Under the pieces are notes generated by a model. That model ran no database searches, was not told the DNA's origin, and saw nothing but the letters and a program-made list of their open reading frames with translations. A stretch of 64,000 nucleotides of DNA from Naegleria gruberi (taxonomy: Eukaryota): the NCBI GenBank assembly GCA_000004985.1, contig GG738902.1; one strand, given 5' to 3'. Shown piece after piece: positions 1-11,268 of the stretch (position 1 is its first letter; each line of letters opens with the position of its first letter). Made by a program: the position numbers and the translations under genes.

Positions 1-103
1 AAGAAGAGTTCTTCCAATATAGCAGAAATGAAACACTAATTGTAAATATATTGAATTCAATTTTTAAATTCCAATAAATTCTTGTAAAAAAAATCAAAAA
101 AAA

Positions 104-1834
104 ATGCAAGAACGATCTTTGGTTTCCTTGCTCATCACTCAAGAGAACGAGAGAAACAAGCAACAAGCCAAGAAGAAAAAGATTAAAGCCCTGACCGAGG
201 AAATTTCCTCTAAAATACAACAAATTAATTTATTGATGGAGGATGAATGTGATGAGCAATTTTGTTTGGATGATGATGATGGAAACACTTCTGATGATGG
301 AGAAATTATTAAATTAAAGACTAGTCTTTTAAATTGGAAGAAATCTGTAAATAGTAAACTTGAACAAGATCCTAAAGGATTGGCCATAGTCGGTGGTGAA
401 AATTATTACCAAGCTAGAGATACAATATTCGAATTGGATGAATGTAGAATGATTTTGAGAAAGGAAGTTATTAGAGCAATTTTTAAAAAAGTACCACCAG
501 AATTGCTCCGTAATATTTTCCTGTTTATAGATCCTATTGATATCTATCAATCTGTAAGTCAGGTTTCAAGAGAATGGTTGACCATTTGTGAGAATTTGCA
601 ATTTTCTGCGAATTTGGTTCAGAAAATTCCAGTTTTAAGATTGAACTTGAAAAAATTTTGTGATTCTCCACTAGTTGGACGAACCTTGACTAAACTAGAT
701 CTTTCATACAATGATATCCATAATGAAGACATTAAAGCAATTACACAGAGCAAGGAGTTAAAAAATCTTACTTCACTAATTCTATGCAACGAATCATTGA
801 CTGCCAAGGGTGCCGAATACATTGCCAAGAGTAAAATCTTGTCAAATCTAACTGAACTAGATTTGGATTTTAATTATTTAGACGATGAAGGAGTAGAGTA
901 TATCGCAAATAGTCATTATATGTCCAAGTTGACTTCTTTGAAAGTTGGTGATAGTGGATTAACTTCTCAATCCATTAGTGCGGTTTGTTCAAAGCTCAAA
1001 CTGAAAACATTTGGAGTTTATCTTAATGAATGTTTGTCCGAGGGTATAAAGCCAATATGTGAAAGTTCAAAATTGTCTAAGCTCACTGATCTTAGCATTG
1101 GATGTAATATTATTGAAGACAAGGGCATGAAAATTTTTGTGAACAGTAATAACATTGCAAATCTTACCAGACTTGACGTTTCATGCAATATAATGACAGA
1201 TATAAGTTTGATTTTGTTATCTAACTGTAATAAGCTATCTAATTTGACCGATTTAGACATTGGTGAAAATGATTTTACTATCAAAGGAATGAAATCATTT
1301 TGTGAAAGCAAGTATATTACAAAGTTAGTCACTTTGAAAGCTAAGGACTTGAAGTTTGGAAATGCTGGTATGCTGATGTTGGGCTCCTCTTCTAATATGA
1401 AAAACCTGACACATTTGAGCTTGCAATCAAATGCATTGACTGAAGATGGACTGAAAGTATTCTCTCAATCAAAAACATTTGAAAACCTGAAGTATCTTGA
1501 TATGTATGGTAATCCTTGCAGTTCGGGAATAAGACATATTTTACAATCCAAATTTTTACCCAATTTGACCTATCTGAATGCCTCATCATGTTCCATTGGC
1601 AATGATATTTTATCCAAGCATTTCAACTCTATAGAACTTCCTAAACTCAAAACATTAGAATTGGAACTTAATAAGATTTCATCAGAGGGAGTCAAATTTA
1701 TTGCCAAACACAAGAAATTATCCAAAGTAGATAGAATATATCTTGGAAATAATTCGTTAGATCCAAAATATGAAAGATTTTTCTCCATGTATCCTTTCAT
1801 TCGTATGGATAGAAATTGGGATGTTGTTATATAG
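104..1834 (+). CDS. F-box / leucine-rich-repeat (RNI-like) protein, single exon
   Basis: 576-aa ORF. It has an F-box-like motif (PPELLRNIFLFIDPIDIYQSVSQVSREWL) followed by at least 12 tandem ~26-28-aa cysteine-containing LRRs (LT.L.L..N.I.D.G...I), as in FBXL-type proteins. Confidence 0.7.
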   Translation: MQERSLVSLLITQENERNKQQAKKKKIKALTEEISSKIQQINLLMEDECDEQFCLDDDDGNTSDDGEIIKLKTSLLNWKKSVNSKLEQDPKGLAIVGGENYYQARDTIFELDECRMILRKEVIRAIFKKVPPELLRNIFLFIDPIDIYQSVSQVSREWLTICENLQFSANLVQKIPVLRLNLKKFCDSPLVGRTLTKLDLSYNDIHNEDIKAITQSKELKNLTSLILCNESLTAKGAEYIAKSKILSNLTELDLDFNYLDDEGVEYIANSHYMSKLTSLKVGDSGLTSQSISAVCSKLKLKTFGVYLNECLSEGIKPICESSKLSKLTDLSIGCNIIEDKGMKIFVNSNNIANLTRLDVSCNIMTDISLILLSNCNKLSNLTDLDIGENDFTIKGMKSFCESKYITKLVTLKAKDLKFGNAGMLMLGSSSNMKNLTHLSLQSNALTEDGLKVFSQSKTFENLKYLDMYGNPCSSGIRHILQSKFLPNLTYLNASSCSIGNDILSKHFNSIELPKLKTLELELNKISSEGVKFIAKHKKLSKVDRIYLGNNSLDPKYERFFSMYPFIRMDRNWDVVI

Positions 1835-1988
1835 GCCTACTTCTCTCATCAACAAAAATAATGCCCATAGAAATACATAGAAATATCTTTTTTTCTTGTT
1901 GGAAATAGAGCTGTATTGTATAATACGGAATTGTAAGATTGGTTTAAAATCCAAGATATAAGAAGAATAACGGAAAGGTGATGAAAAG

Positions 1989-2013
1989 TTTCCCGCCACA
2001 ACACTTTGCGCCC
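1989..2013 (+). promoter_or_regulatory. Two GC-rich E2F-like motifs (TTTCCCGCC at 1989-1997; TTTGCGCCC at 2005-2013), 55-80 bp upstream of the ATG at 2069
   Basis: They are isolated GC-rich octamers in an otherwise AT-rich spacer and match the E2F consensus TTTSSCGC. The downstream gene encodes an N-terminal D-box, so it may be cell-cycle regulated. Confidence 0.3.
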
Positions 2014-2068
2014 TTAATTTTCATAAACGACCGTTTAAAATGATTAAGAAAATCATCTTTAAAAAAAT

Positions 2069-5000
2069 ATGTCGACCACCACTAGGAAGCCATTGCAAGA
2101 CATTTCCAATAAGGTACACCTTGTGAAGTCTACTACTAGCCAATCCACTAGTAGTCAGATGAAGAGTAAAGCTAAGGAAATGATACCTGTAAAACAATCA
2201 AAGAGCTCTAGGATGTTTGATATCAGGGCCAACAATAACAAATACGATACTCCGGAACGTGATAATGATATGGATTATGGTTCTCCAACATCGATTGGTT
2301 CCTTGGAAGAGGAATTTGGGGAATTGTCTGATTTAAGGGAGTTTTATGATGAAGTCTCATCAGACATTAACGAAAAAATTGTAAAGTCTCTTGAAAGAGA
2401 AAAGGAAAAGAATACACGATTAGAGTTACAAAGCGAGAGGGATAGAGCTCAAATTATAGAACTCCAACAAGAAAAGAACAAGCTATCACGCACTATTGAA
2501 CAACTAAAAAAACCTGCAAAGGTTGAAAAGCCAGAAATTGATTTTAATGGGCAAGTTAATCAACTAAATGAAAAGATTTCCAAATTGGAAAAGAAGGTTG
2601 AAATTGAAACTCAACAAAAAGAAAGACTATCTAACTTGTTAAAAACTAAGGAACAAGCACTCTCTAAAATTAAAGAAGAAAACGATAAGGCAGTAACAAA
2701 AGGGCCAATAGAGGAAAAGTGCTCTAGAAAACTCCAAGATCAAATCAAAATCAAGGAAGAAAAGATTGAGCGTATGAGTAAGGAAATTGAAAAGGAAAAG
2801 AACACAAAACAAGAATATGAAAACCTTATTCAAGGGCTTCAAGAAGTTTCAGACAATCTGAGAATGAAATTATCTGCCTCCAACGAAGAAATTGAAACTT
2901 CCAACAAGCTGATCGAGATTTTGGATGCCAAGCTCAAGATTGCCAACGATAGATGTAAGGACTTGGATGAGCGATTGAAAAAAGGAGAAGAAAAGAGAGA
3001 AGAGGAAAGTTCAGAACTGTTAGCACTCAGAGAAGAGATGTCACATTTATGTGATTCAGTGTTGAAGGAAAAGCAGGAATCAGAGAGAAAGACTCAACAA
3101 CTCAATCACATCCAAGCAGCTAAAGAAAAATATGAAAATGAATATACAAGAACTTGCACCAAGCTGAAAGAAAAAGAGGAAGAAACTGAAGAACTCAAAA
3201 AGGTTATTGAAAGGCTTGAACAACAAATCGAACAAATGGGCCACGATATTGATGATTCTTCAAAGGAACTTGAAGAAATCGAGAATAACTTTAGAACAAG
3301 GCTTACTGACGCAGAAGAACAACTTGCTGAAAAAGAGGAAGAAATACAGTCCATGAAAGTGAAGGAAGAAAGAACAATGGAACAATTAAAAGAGCTTGAT
3401 GTATTTGTAGAGAGAACTAAACGAAAGATTGACAAGGAGAAAGAAAAGACCAAAGACTCTGAAGAAAGAGCCAATGCAGAATATGAAAAGGCCCTTCAAA
3501 TGATTGAAAGAAACAATGCTTTGATGAGAAAGTTAGAAGCTGTAACAAGAGCAAACCATTCCTTGGAGGAAGAAGTCAAGGAAAAGGAAGACTTAATGTT
3601 AAGATTCAAGAACTATATCGAAGATGTTGAAAATAAGCTCCACAATAAGGAAGATGAATGTAGTCAAACAGTATCCAGATTAAACTCAACATATGAAGAG
3701 TTACAAAAGGAGAAGGCAAAATCAGACAGATCATGGAAAGAGCTTGAGGAGACTGTCAAAATGCTCCATCAAATCCAAGCTGAGAAGGAAGTTTTGGAAA
3801 AGAAGAGCAGCCACTCAAAGGAAGTATTGGAAATGAAGATGAATAATAAGATTTCCATGTTAGAAAAGAAGTGTGACTACCTCAAACGTTTGCATGAAAT
3901 GAATGGAGCAAGTGAAAGCGATCAAATCAAGGAAATGGAAGGGTACATTGAAAGATTAACAAAGGAAAATGAAAAATCAGGTGAAGCTGTTTCTCAACTA
4001 GAGATTACCCTTTCCGAAAAGGAATCTGAAATTTCAGTCTTGCAAGAAAAGGTAAGACAATTAGAAGATCTCCTCAACAATCAAAATCAATTACATTCAG
4101 CAAATCTTAAACCTAATGATCTCAAGAAGAGACTCATGACTGTTGAAAAATCCATGGATGAAATAATTATTGACCTTTCTATTGAAGGAATAACTTTGAG
4201 TCAACTTAATCCAAGAGAAAAAGCTGTTGTCATTCTAGAAAAGTTTACTGACATCAAGAAGGAGTGTCAATCTTTGGCTAGTATTAAGGATCAATATAGC
4301 GCAGAATTACAAAGACTTCGTGAAGCCAAAGCAAATTCTGAACGCCAAATGATCTCCCTCAGAGATGCTCTAACCAACGAAGTTGTTGAGAGAAACGAAG
4401 GGTGTATTACCGATCTCACTGACAGTTGTACCTTCCTTTACAATACTCTCACAGATGCTATTGAACAAAGAGAACTAGAAGATGCAAATATTCCACTGAG
4501 TTCTGAACTCTTGGATGAATTGTTGGAATCTGTTCTCTCTATTCAAGTTAACTTGAAGAAAGTTAGTAACCATTTGAATCAAGTTGATACTCTTCAACAA
4601 GTGATGGATTCTCAAAATGTATTTAATAAGGACTTTGTTTCTTTATGTGGGGAATTGGAAAACAGAGTAAGATCATTAATAGAAGAAAGAGATACTTTGC
4701 TAACTGCTCAATTCCAATTAAAGGACAAGGAAAAAGGAATCTCGAATGGTGTAAAGAAAAAGCTTGACAAGTTAATGTATAAGAATGTTATGATTCAAAC
4801 AAGTTCACAAACTCAATCTGCAGAGGGTGAAACCCAAACAGTGGAAAGTGGAGTTGGTTGTGAAGCAGAACAAGATCAACCAACCAACGCAGAAAGAGAA
4901 CAAAACACTCACACAGAGCAAGAACATGAGAGCCTTAAGAATAAGTATCAAAAGCTTTTGGCTACCTGTCACAAGTATAAGAAGCTCATGCTTAAATTTA

Positions 5001-5467
5001 CTCAACTCCACACCAAAGAAAAAACCAATGTCAGACAATCCATCCCAAGAGTGACCAATCAATCGAATATTTCACAACAAGATTCTATTCACAATGAAGA
5101 TGAAACTCATCAAGATCAATATGAAGAAGAACAAAATGAGGTGGTTGACCATGATGATTATCAAGACAATTACCAAGATAATTATCAAGAAAATGTTCCA
5201 GTCATTCGTGCCTCTCTTCACCACCCACTTTCATTTGATAAGGAAAATACCACACCAAAATCAACAAGACATAACCAATCAAATGGTGACAGTAGTGATA
5301 ATAGCCCTTCCAATGCCTCTGTTTCATCTGTAAGATCTGTCTCTACAACATTGAGTGTAGCATCTGAAAGAAGTTCCTTCTCTACCATTTCCTCCAAATT
5401 TAGAAAAAATCAAGCTCCAAACTCTTACCTTTCCAGTCATATGTCAGTAAGAAACAGACTCAAATAA
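2069..5467 (+). CDS. Large coiled-coil protein (1132 aa) with an N-terminal destruction box and a Ser-rich acidic tail
   Basis: An uninterrupted ORF with heptad-rich, charged E/K/L/Q content over about 850 aa. A perfect RxxLxxIxN D-box (RKPLQDISN) lies at aa 6-14. The C-terminus carries acidic DYQDNYQ repeats and a Ser-rich tail. Confidence 0.7.
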   Translation: MSTTTRKPLQDISNKVHLVKSTTSQSTSSQMKSKAKEMIPVKQSKSSRMFDIRANNNKYDTPERDNDMDYGSPTSIGSLEEEFGELSDLREFYDEVSSDINEKIVKSLEREKEKNTRLELQSERDRAQIIELQQEKNKLSRTIEQLKKPAKVEKPEIDFNGQVNQLNEKISKLEKKVEIETQQKERLSNLLKTKEQALSKIKEENDKAVTKGPIEEKCSRKLQDQIKIKEEKIERMSKEIEKEKNTKQEYENLIQGLQEVSDNLRMKLSASNEEIETSNKLIEILDAKLKIANDRCKDLDERLKKGEEKREEESSELLALREEMSHLCDSVLKEKQESERKTQQLNHIQAAKEKYENEYTRTCTKLKEKEEETEELKKVIERLEQQIEQMGHDIDDSSKELEEIENNFRTRLTDAEEQLAEKEEEIQSMKVKEERTMEQLKELDVFVERTKRKIDKEKEKTKDSEERANAEYEKALQMIERNNALMRKLEAVTRANHSLEEEVKEKEDLMLRFKNYIEDVENKLHNKEDECSQTVSRLNSTYEELQKEKAKSDRSWKELEETVKMLHQIQAEKEVLEKKSSHSKEVLEMKMNNKISMLEKKCDYLKRLHEMNGASESDQIKEMEGYIERLTKENEKSGEAVSQLEITLSEKESEISVLQEKVRQLEDLLNNQNQLHSANLKPNDLKKRLMTVEKSMDEIIIDLSIEGITLSQLNPREKAVVILEKFTDIKKECQSLASIKDQYSAELQRLREAKANSERQMISLRDALTNEVVERNEGCITDLTDSCTFLYNTLTDAIEQRELEDANIPLSSELLDELLESVLSIQVNLKKVSNHLNQVDTLQQVMDSQNVFNKDFVSLCGELENRVRSLIEERDTLLTAQFQLKDKEKGISNGVKKKLDKLMYKNVMIQTSSQTQSAEGETQTVESGVGCEAEQDQPTNAEREQNTHTEQEHESLKNKYQKLLATCHKYKKLMLKFTQLHTKEKTNVRQSIPRVTNQSNISQQDSIHNEDETHQDQYEEEQNEVVDHDDYQDNYQDNYQENVPVIRASLHHPLSFDKENTTPKSTRHNQSNGDSSDNSPSNASVSSVRSVSTTLSVASERSSFSTISSKFRKNQAPNSYLSSHMSVRNRLK

Positions 5468-5529
5468 GAATGATTCTCCAAATTACTGAACATAAATTGT
5501 AAATCAAAATAAACTTAAAATAAAAAAAA

Positions 5530-6297
5530 ATGAAAAACGAGTATTCTGCTATTTGTGAAATTTTCCAGAAAGATTTTATTGTTCACATTCTGCAATCTAA
5601 ACTGTTAGCAAGGAAGGATCCAATGTCTTTGGGAACATCTAATGGAAATCAATTGTTGTACAGATATTTATTCCGACATGTTGAACCGAATTTTGGAAAA
5701 ATTAAATCATCACCAATTTCATCCTCCGAATTATTGGATGATAATTTCGAAATTGGACAAACAAATAGCAGAGACACTGTACTAACAAGTTTATCACGAG
5801 CCGAATATGAAATAATAATTTCTAAATTCTTAAAATTACAACATTTTCTCGCAAAGGAAAATATTAATCCTTTGACCTTACTCAAAACCATGGAAGTAAC
5901 AACAGAGGAAGAACAAGCCAAACAAAATCATTTGCAAAATATTTACAATTTCATGAAGGATAAGTTGGAAGAGGCTTTTATTGATTCTATGAGTGAATAC
6001 TACTTGTTGGATGAAAATCAAGTGGACAAGTTGTGGAGATTTGGTCTATTAGAGTATATTCTCATTGGATCCATGTCTGCATTCCAAGCCAATAGACTTA
6101 CCGGTATCATTGATGAAATTGTACAAGGACAAGTTCCTAACACATTTCCAGAGACCTTAGATCTTACTGATGCAAATAATCAAATTGTAGATGTAAAGAA
6201 AACACCAACTCAAATCTATGTAACTCCAAAATTCGAAAAGGAAACTTGGAATTGGCAAGTTGAAGACGAAACTGAAAGAAAATCAAAAAAAGATTAA
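5530..6297 (+). CDS. Hypothetical protein, 255 aa
   Basis: A long ORF with codon usage like neighbouring genes and no recognisable domain. Confidence 0.45.
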   Translation: MKNEYSAICEIFQKDFIVHILQSKLLARKDPMSLGTSNGNQLLYRYLFRHVEPNFGKIKSSPISSSELLDDNFEIGQTNSRDTVLTSLSRAEYEIIISKFLKLQHFLAKENINPLTLLKTMEVTTEEEQAKQNHLQNIYNFMKDKLEEAFIDSMSEYYLLDENQVDKLWRFGLLEYILIGSMSAFQANRLTGIIDEIVQGQVPNTFPETLDLTDANNQIVDVKKTPTQIYVTPKFEKETWNWQVEDETERKSKKD

Positions 6298-6317
6298 TAT
6301 TTTTGTTTTTATTGAAA

Positions 6318-7430
6318 TTATGAGTATAACTTGATCAACTCATCAGAAACTCCACTCGGTGTCATGATACCAAAATCTGTGAAAAGCATAGTAATATACT
6401 TTGGTGGAGTGAAATCACTTGTTGGATTACTGATTTGAATAGAGTCTGATTCCAATACTGATTCATCCTCAAATCCTAAAGCTGGAATCATCTTGAATTC
6501 TGGCTTATTAATATAATAAATCCATCCCTTTTCTTCAAGTTCAAGAATATCTTTTTGGTTAACTGGATATTGTCTAGCAAATCTAAATCTTTCAGCAGCA
6601 ACATAGAATGGTTTCTTGTGTTCCTTTGCCAAAATTGCAGCTTGATATGTACCAATCTTATTAATAATACCACCACTTTCAACAACACCTTCAGCACCAG
6701 TCAAAACAAAGTCAAGATCATGACTGGACATGTGATAAGCAATACTGGCATCAGTAATAATAGTAACTGGAATATTACAACTTGAAAGAGCCTTTGCAAG
6801 ACGATAACCACTTCCATCTGGTCTACCTTCTGGAACGAGAACACTCTTAAAACGATAAGCACTTTGTTGCATATATGTAGCAATACCAGTTAACACACTA
6901 ATAACAGTTTCACTATATCCACCAACAATCATCACTTTCATATTATCTCTACTAAAGAATGGTCTAAATAATTCTGTAATACGTTCCTTAGCTTGAGCAC
7001 TGACAAGTTGAATTTCGTTTCCTCTTTCTGTTAATCTCTTTCTACAAGCTTTGAAATCTGTAATTTCCTCTGTTAATCTTCTTGTAACAAAACGTCTATA
7101 TAATTCACAAGCAGATCGGAGAGGAATACTAGATTGGAAGAAGAGTGGGAAATCCTTCAATTCATGTCTAGCACATTTAAGTATTTCTTCTGTTGCATGA
7201 TCAAGTTCGTTTGCCATTTCCATGATTGTTGATGATTTACTATGTTCAACAACACTTGTTAAAAGTGAAATACCAACAACTGCTAAATCAGTAGTATTAT
7301 TCTTAATCAATTCACGTAATTTACTCTTAATATCAACACATAATTCGAAAGTTTGTGGAAAAGGTGAAGAACTTCCTGTTGGAGTCAATGGTGATTCTAC
7401 AATTATTCCGACATTTAATTTCCAAATCAT
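6318..7430 (-). CDS. Translation initiation factor eIF-2B subunit alpha (IF-2B family)
   Basis: The C-terminal half aligns closely with eIF2B-alpha. Examples are [13 protein letters not shown]...[42 protein letters not shown] and [24 protein letters not shown], matching human EIF2B1 motifs [17 protein letters not shown] and [22 protein letters not shown]. Confidence 0.8.
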   Translation of the reverse strand: [370 protein letters not shown]

Positions 7431-7829
7431 CGTCCAATATTAATATTAATAATAATAATAAATAATCATCATCACAATTTTTCATCATCCATCATCATAA
7501 ATATTGACACAATCATCATCAAGAATAACAACAATATTAAATCCTTCCGCAACCAAATTCAAACTCTTCTCTTACCTTCTTCAATATTTACTTCACTTCT
7601 TGCGCTTCTCATTTTTTTATTTTCGTTTTATTTTAAAAATAAATTTTTCTATGAATAATTTAAATCAATTTTTGGAAGCATTTCGAAATTGTTGTGTTTT
7701 TATTATTACTGAAAGAATTAATATCATCACACATTTGAATTTCAGAATGGAGAAGTTATCCAGCCAGTAGAGATTATTTTGAAAATTTTCGTGGAGCTTT
7801 TTTCATGAGAGAATTAAGAGAGCTTTCGT

Positions 7830-8747
7830 TTAACATATTGAGAGAGTGGCTTCTCCTTGTATTCCTCTTGTGCTGACAATTATGGCATGCTTTGGAGTGA
7901 GTGTAGGAGACCATTCACAGACAGCCATAAACAGTTGTTGTAAAACTTCATCATCTCTTTGCAGTATTATATTAAAGGAAAGGTAGCAGTCAAGAATATT
8001 TCCAGTTACTTTGCCCTTCTGTGAGCCATTCTCAAAGGTTCCTTGTACGTATTTGGTATTTTCTTTAAATTTAAGAGTGAAGACATCTCCACCAGCAATA
8101 CTCAACTTCCAATCTTGTTTTCTTAATAATAATAAGGAATTCTTCTCATATTCAAAATCAAATGTATCATAATTAATCTTGATGAGCTTGTTATTGATGT
8201 CCACCACATTGAAATTTTTGAATTGTCTTTGATTGACATTTTCAGAACTACAGAAACCACTTCTATTGATTGAATCACACCAAACTCCATGAATGGCAAC
8301 GTCTATATTTGCTCCCTTATCTTCTCTCATATTGTATTTGTAATTCTTTTCCTGTGTCCACAATTCCTCTTTACCTTGGCCTTCTCTCTTTTTCTTGGCC
8401 TTATAAACAATTTTTCTACCCAAAACATTTGTAATGAGATCTGTTGAGGTATGCCAAATCTGAAAAATTGAAATATATAAACCCCATGATATTCCAAAAT
8501 AAATGTAGTTATCAGAATCGGGAGCATCAATTGCAAAACATTTTCCTGTAAAGAACTCAATATTGTACAACTTGGCTTTCTTAAGAGATGACTCAACCCA
8601 TGAAAAATCACCCAAATCATAGGAGCCATAGTAATCTACAATTGATCTCATACTTTCATAAGCAGTAATATCAGTTTTCAAAATATAAGTGTAAGACTGA
8701 GCAACTACTTTATGAGTTCCACAATTGTAAAATCTTAAACCAGCCAT
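7830..8747 (-). CDS. Hypothetical protein, 305 aa. It may be the 3' exon of the F-box gene that starts at 9181.
   Basis: A long ORF with no recognisable domain. A 38-nt GTTTAT...ATAG candidate intron (about 8748-8785) would join it in frame to the upstream F-box ORF. The donor is non-canonical, so the join is tentative. Confidence 0.5.
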   Translation of the reverse strand: MAGLRFYNCGTHKVVAQSYTYILKTDITAYESMRSIVDYYGSYDLGDFSWVESSLKKAKLYNIEFFTGKCFAIDAPDSDNYIYFGISWGLYISIFQIWHTSTDLITNVLGRKIVYKAKKKREGQGKEELWTQEKNYKYNMREDKGANIDVAIHGVWCDSINRSGFCSSENVNQRQFKNFNVVDINNKLIKINYDTFDFEYEKNSLLLLRKQDWKLSIAGGDVFTLKFKENTKYVQGTFENGSQKGKVTGNILDCYLSFNIILQRDDEVLQQLFMAVCEWSPTLTPKHAIIVSTRGIQGEATLSIC

Positions 8748-8779
8748 TTTACCATCAACTATTTGCCATCAGATGATCA

Positions 8780-9181
8780 TTAGTCCAATAATAAACAAAG
8801 AAACATACCAAAAACTGATCGGATCAATTTTTTGTAACTAATATCTTTCATACTAATATTCATCATAGATGTTTTTGATATACTAGTTTTTCCCAACAAG
8901 GAACTCTTCCAAACACTTTCAAAATGTTTATCGGTTAACATTTGTAATTGCCAATCAGGAAAGATACGATAAAACTTTTCCTTCCAACACTCATTGTCAT
9001 CCAACATTATTCTTGCTCTTTTACATAACAAAAACAATGAAAGAACATCAGATACTCCAATAAATGGAAAAATTGAGTGTTTAATCAATTCGGGTGGCAA
9101 AACATTTAACCAATTAACGCGTGATTCATTAGAATCAAGTTGTGGCATTTTTTTTGAGGTTTTTTTAAACAAGTTCACCAC
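8780..9181 (-). CDS. F-box-like protein N-terminal segment (the ORF-caller start is GTG; the true ATG is internal)
   Basis: The motif LNVLPPELIKHSIFPFIGVSDVLSLFLLCKRARIML fits an F-box. The ORF ends with a TAA stop at 8780-8782, immediately before a possible micro-intron. Confidence 0.4.
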   Translation of the reverse strand: MVNLFKKTSKKMPQLDSNESRVNWLNVLPPELIKHSIFPFIGVSDVLSLFLLCKRARIMLDDNECWKEKFYRIFPDWQLQMLTDKHFESVWKSSLLGKTSISKTSMMNISMKDISYKKLIRSVFGMFLCLLLD

Positions 9182-9382
9182 TTTGGAAATGATTAAGCTA
9201 TTTACAATCTAAAAAAACTTCAAATTGATTAGTAGTTGGGACGGTGCAAAACACATGAAAAACACTGTAGTTGGTTCAAGTTGAAAAATGTGTTTGGATT
9301 CTTTTTTTTGAAATGGAATGAACACACAACAATTTGGAACTTTAATAGTGATTGTTGAAGGTACACTACGGAAAAAGAGAAT

Positions 9383-11192
9383 TTAATAGAGGGTAGTGTT
9401 TGGTCTTGGATTTGGAAGAACACCTTTCGATTCAAAATATGTGACCATTTGTTTAGGTATTTCGGCTAAGACTTCTGAGGCCAATTCTGTTAAATTAGAG
9501 CATTTTGAAAAGCTCACAAATTGAACAATGTCTCTGGTCATCTTCTTTCCATTGCTGTGGACGAGTGGTTCATCATCTGCGTCGAATTTTCTACAACTAG
9601 GGAATCTACTATCACCAACACCAACAATGATAATTGAAATTGGTTTGTCATTGGCCTCAACGATTGAATCTATTGTGCCTTGCATGTCAAATGCATCACC
9701 ATCAATAATTAACAATAAAATATTGTAGAATTGTTGGTGTTGAGTTATTGGAGGAGTTTTTTCTACAACGTGTTCAATTACACGATAAAAGTCATCACCA
9801 CGATATGCCTTTCCAGTTTTTGGATTGGTAGCAGAGCCCATATCTCCAAAACTTAATTTTGGAACTGCCTTAACGTAAGCATCCAGAATTTCTTCAGCTC
9901 CACACAATTCTTCCTTATCAGAAAGTGAAAGGTTAAACATTGGGTGCATTTTGGATTCCTTCTCTATAGTAGCACCGTATCCATAAGCTTCCAATAATTG
10001 GTGTAAAACGATTGTAGATTGTATAGTACTTACCGCCATACATCTTGTCAGAATCGTAAGGCTCCAAAATATGCAATACTTGCTCAAGAGCTTGTTGATA
10101 ATCATTCTTGTTTTTGGCGTTCAAATGGTGGAGGGAATAGGGATAAGTGTAAGTACCGTTTGATGCTGTAAAGTCAATTCCAACTGATACTGAAATATTA
10201 CATCCTCCAAACAGATAATCCAAAAATTCAGTTTGTCTGTTTTCCTTTCGTGCAATTGTTGATTCATATATTTCATGGATAGGATTGGGAATTGGAACTT
10301 GTACCACATCAATAGCACATAAAGAAAACTCAAATATTCCAGAATTTTTGTACTTCTTCTTCTTTAGTTGTATGGTTGGCTCAATCAAGTCAAATTGCTT
10401 TACCTTGTTATTCAATACTTGATCTAGAGTGAACCTGAACTCTCCTATCAAATCATCTTTAGAAAATTTGTCCTTATCAAAGCATTTTACAAATATTTCC
10501 TTTTGATAATCGTTATTGAACTCATCAAGATTGATTTTGAATGGTAACCAAGACGGGTTCAATGTCTTGCAGATAACTTCACTAGTATAGAGAGGGACTC
10601 TTCTTCCAGCCACATCCTTCTCAAAATAAAAATATGGATCTGATTTTCCAAGTAAATCCTTCTTGTCTAACCCAATTCCTCTACATTCGAATGAAATAAT
10701 TTTCATTTCCGAGTTAACAGTTAATGGTATCTCAGAATGTAAACCATTCAATTCATCCAAGCTCATATTTGCAAATCGGATCATCATGGCATTCTTTTCA
10801 GCCTCAACAACATCTACATTCGAATCAGATTGTCTCACCACCTTCTCAACATGAACAAAAACTTCACCTTTAACTTCTCCACTCTTCAAAACCAAATCTA
10901 ATTTTAATTTACCATCTCTAGCACAAACAGCTTGTGATAGAGTAAATTCTTTGGTCTTTCCAATAAGTCTATTACTATTTCCTGTATCTTCATCAAATAT
11001 TTCAATATATAATTTCTGCACACACTCAAAGTAATAATGAACACTAAACTTGGTTTTGAATACTGGGTTATGATTATTCTGAATAGTTTCAGTTGAACCG
11101 AGACATGAAAAATCAGTTGATATCAAAGTTTGTGAATTTTCCTGTGGGCCACTATAGTAAAGCTTTGCAAACGGATCACTCTTAGAGTACAT
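9383..11192 (-). CDS. Copine (C2-C2-vWA). Two exons: complement(join(9383..9987,10034..11192)), about 587 aa.
   Basis: Two C2 domains precede a vWA domain. A 46-nt GTAAGT...AG intron at 9988-10033 joins DSDKM-YGA-YGYGA, which parallels the conserved copine DSDKMFPAFGFGA. The downstream vWA motifs (IIIVGVG, DIVQFV) are intact. Confidence 0.85.
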
Positions 11193-11268
11193 CCATTCGT
11201 ACCAAATTACTACATGATAGGTAAATATCGACCGATTCTCTGTAGTTCATACTTTGTCAAAGTAATGT

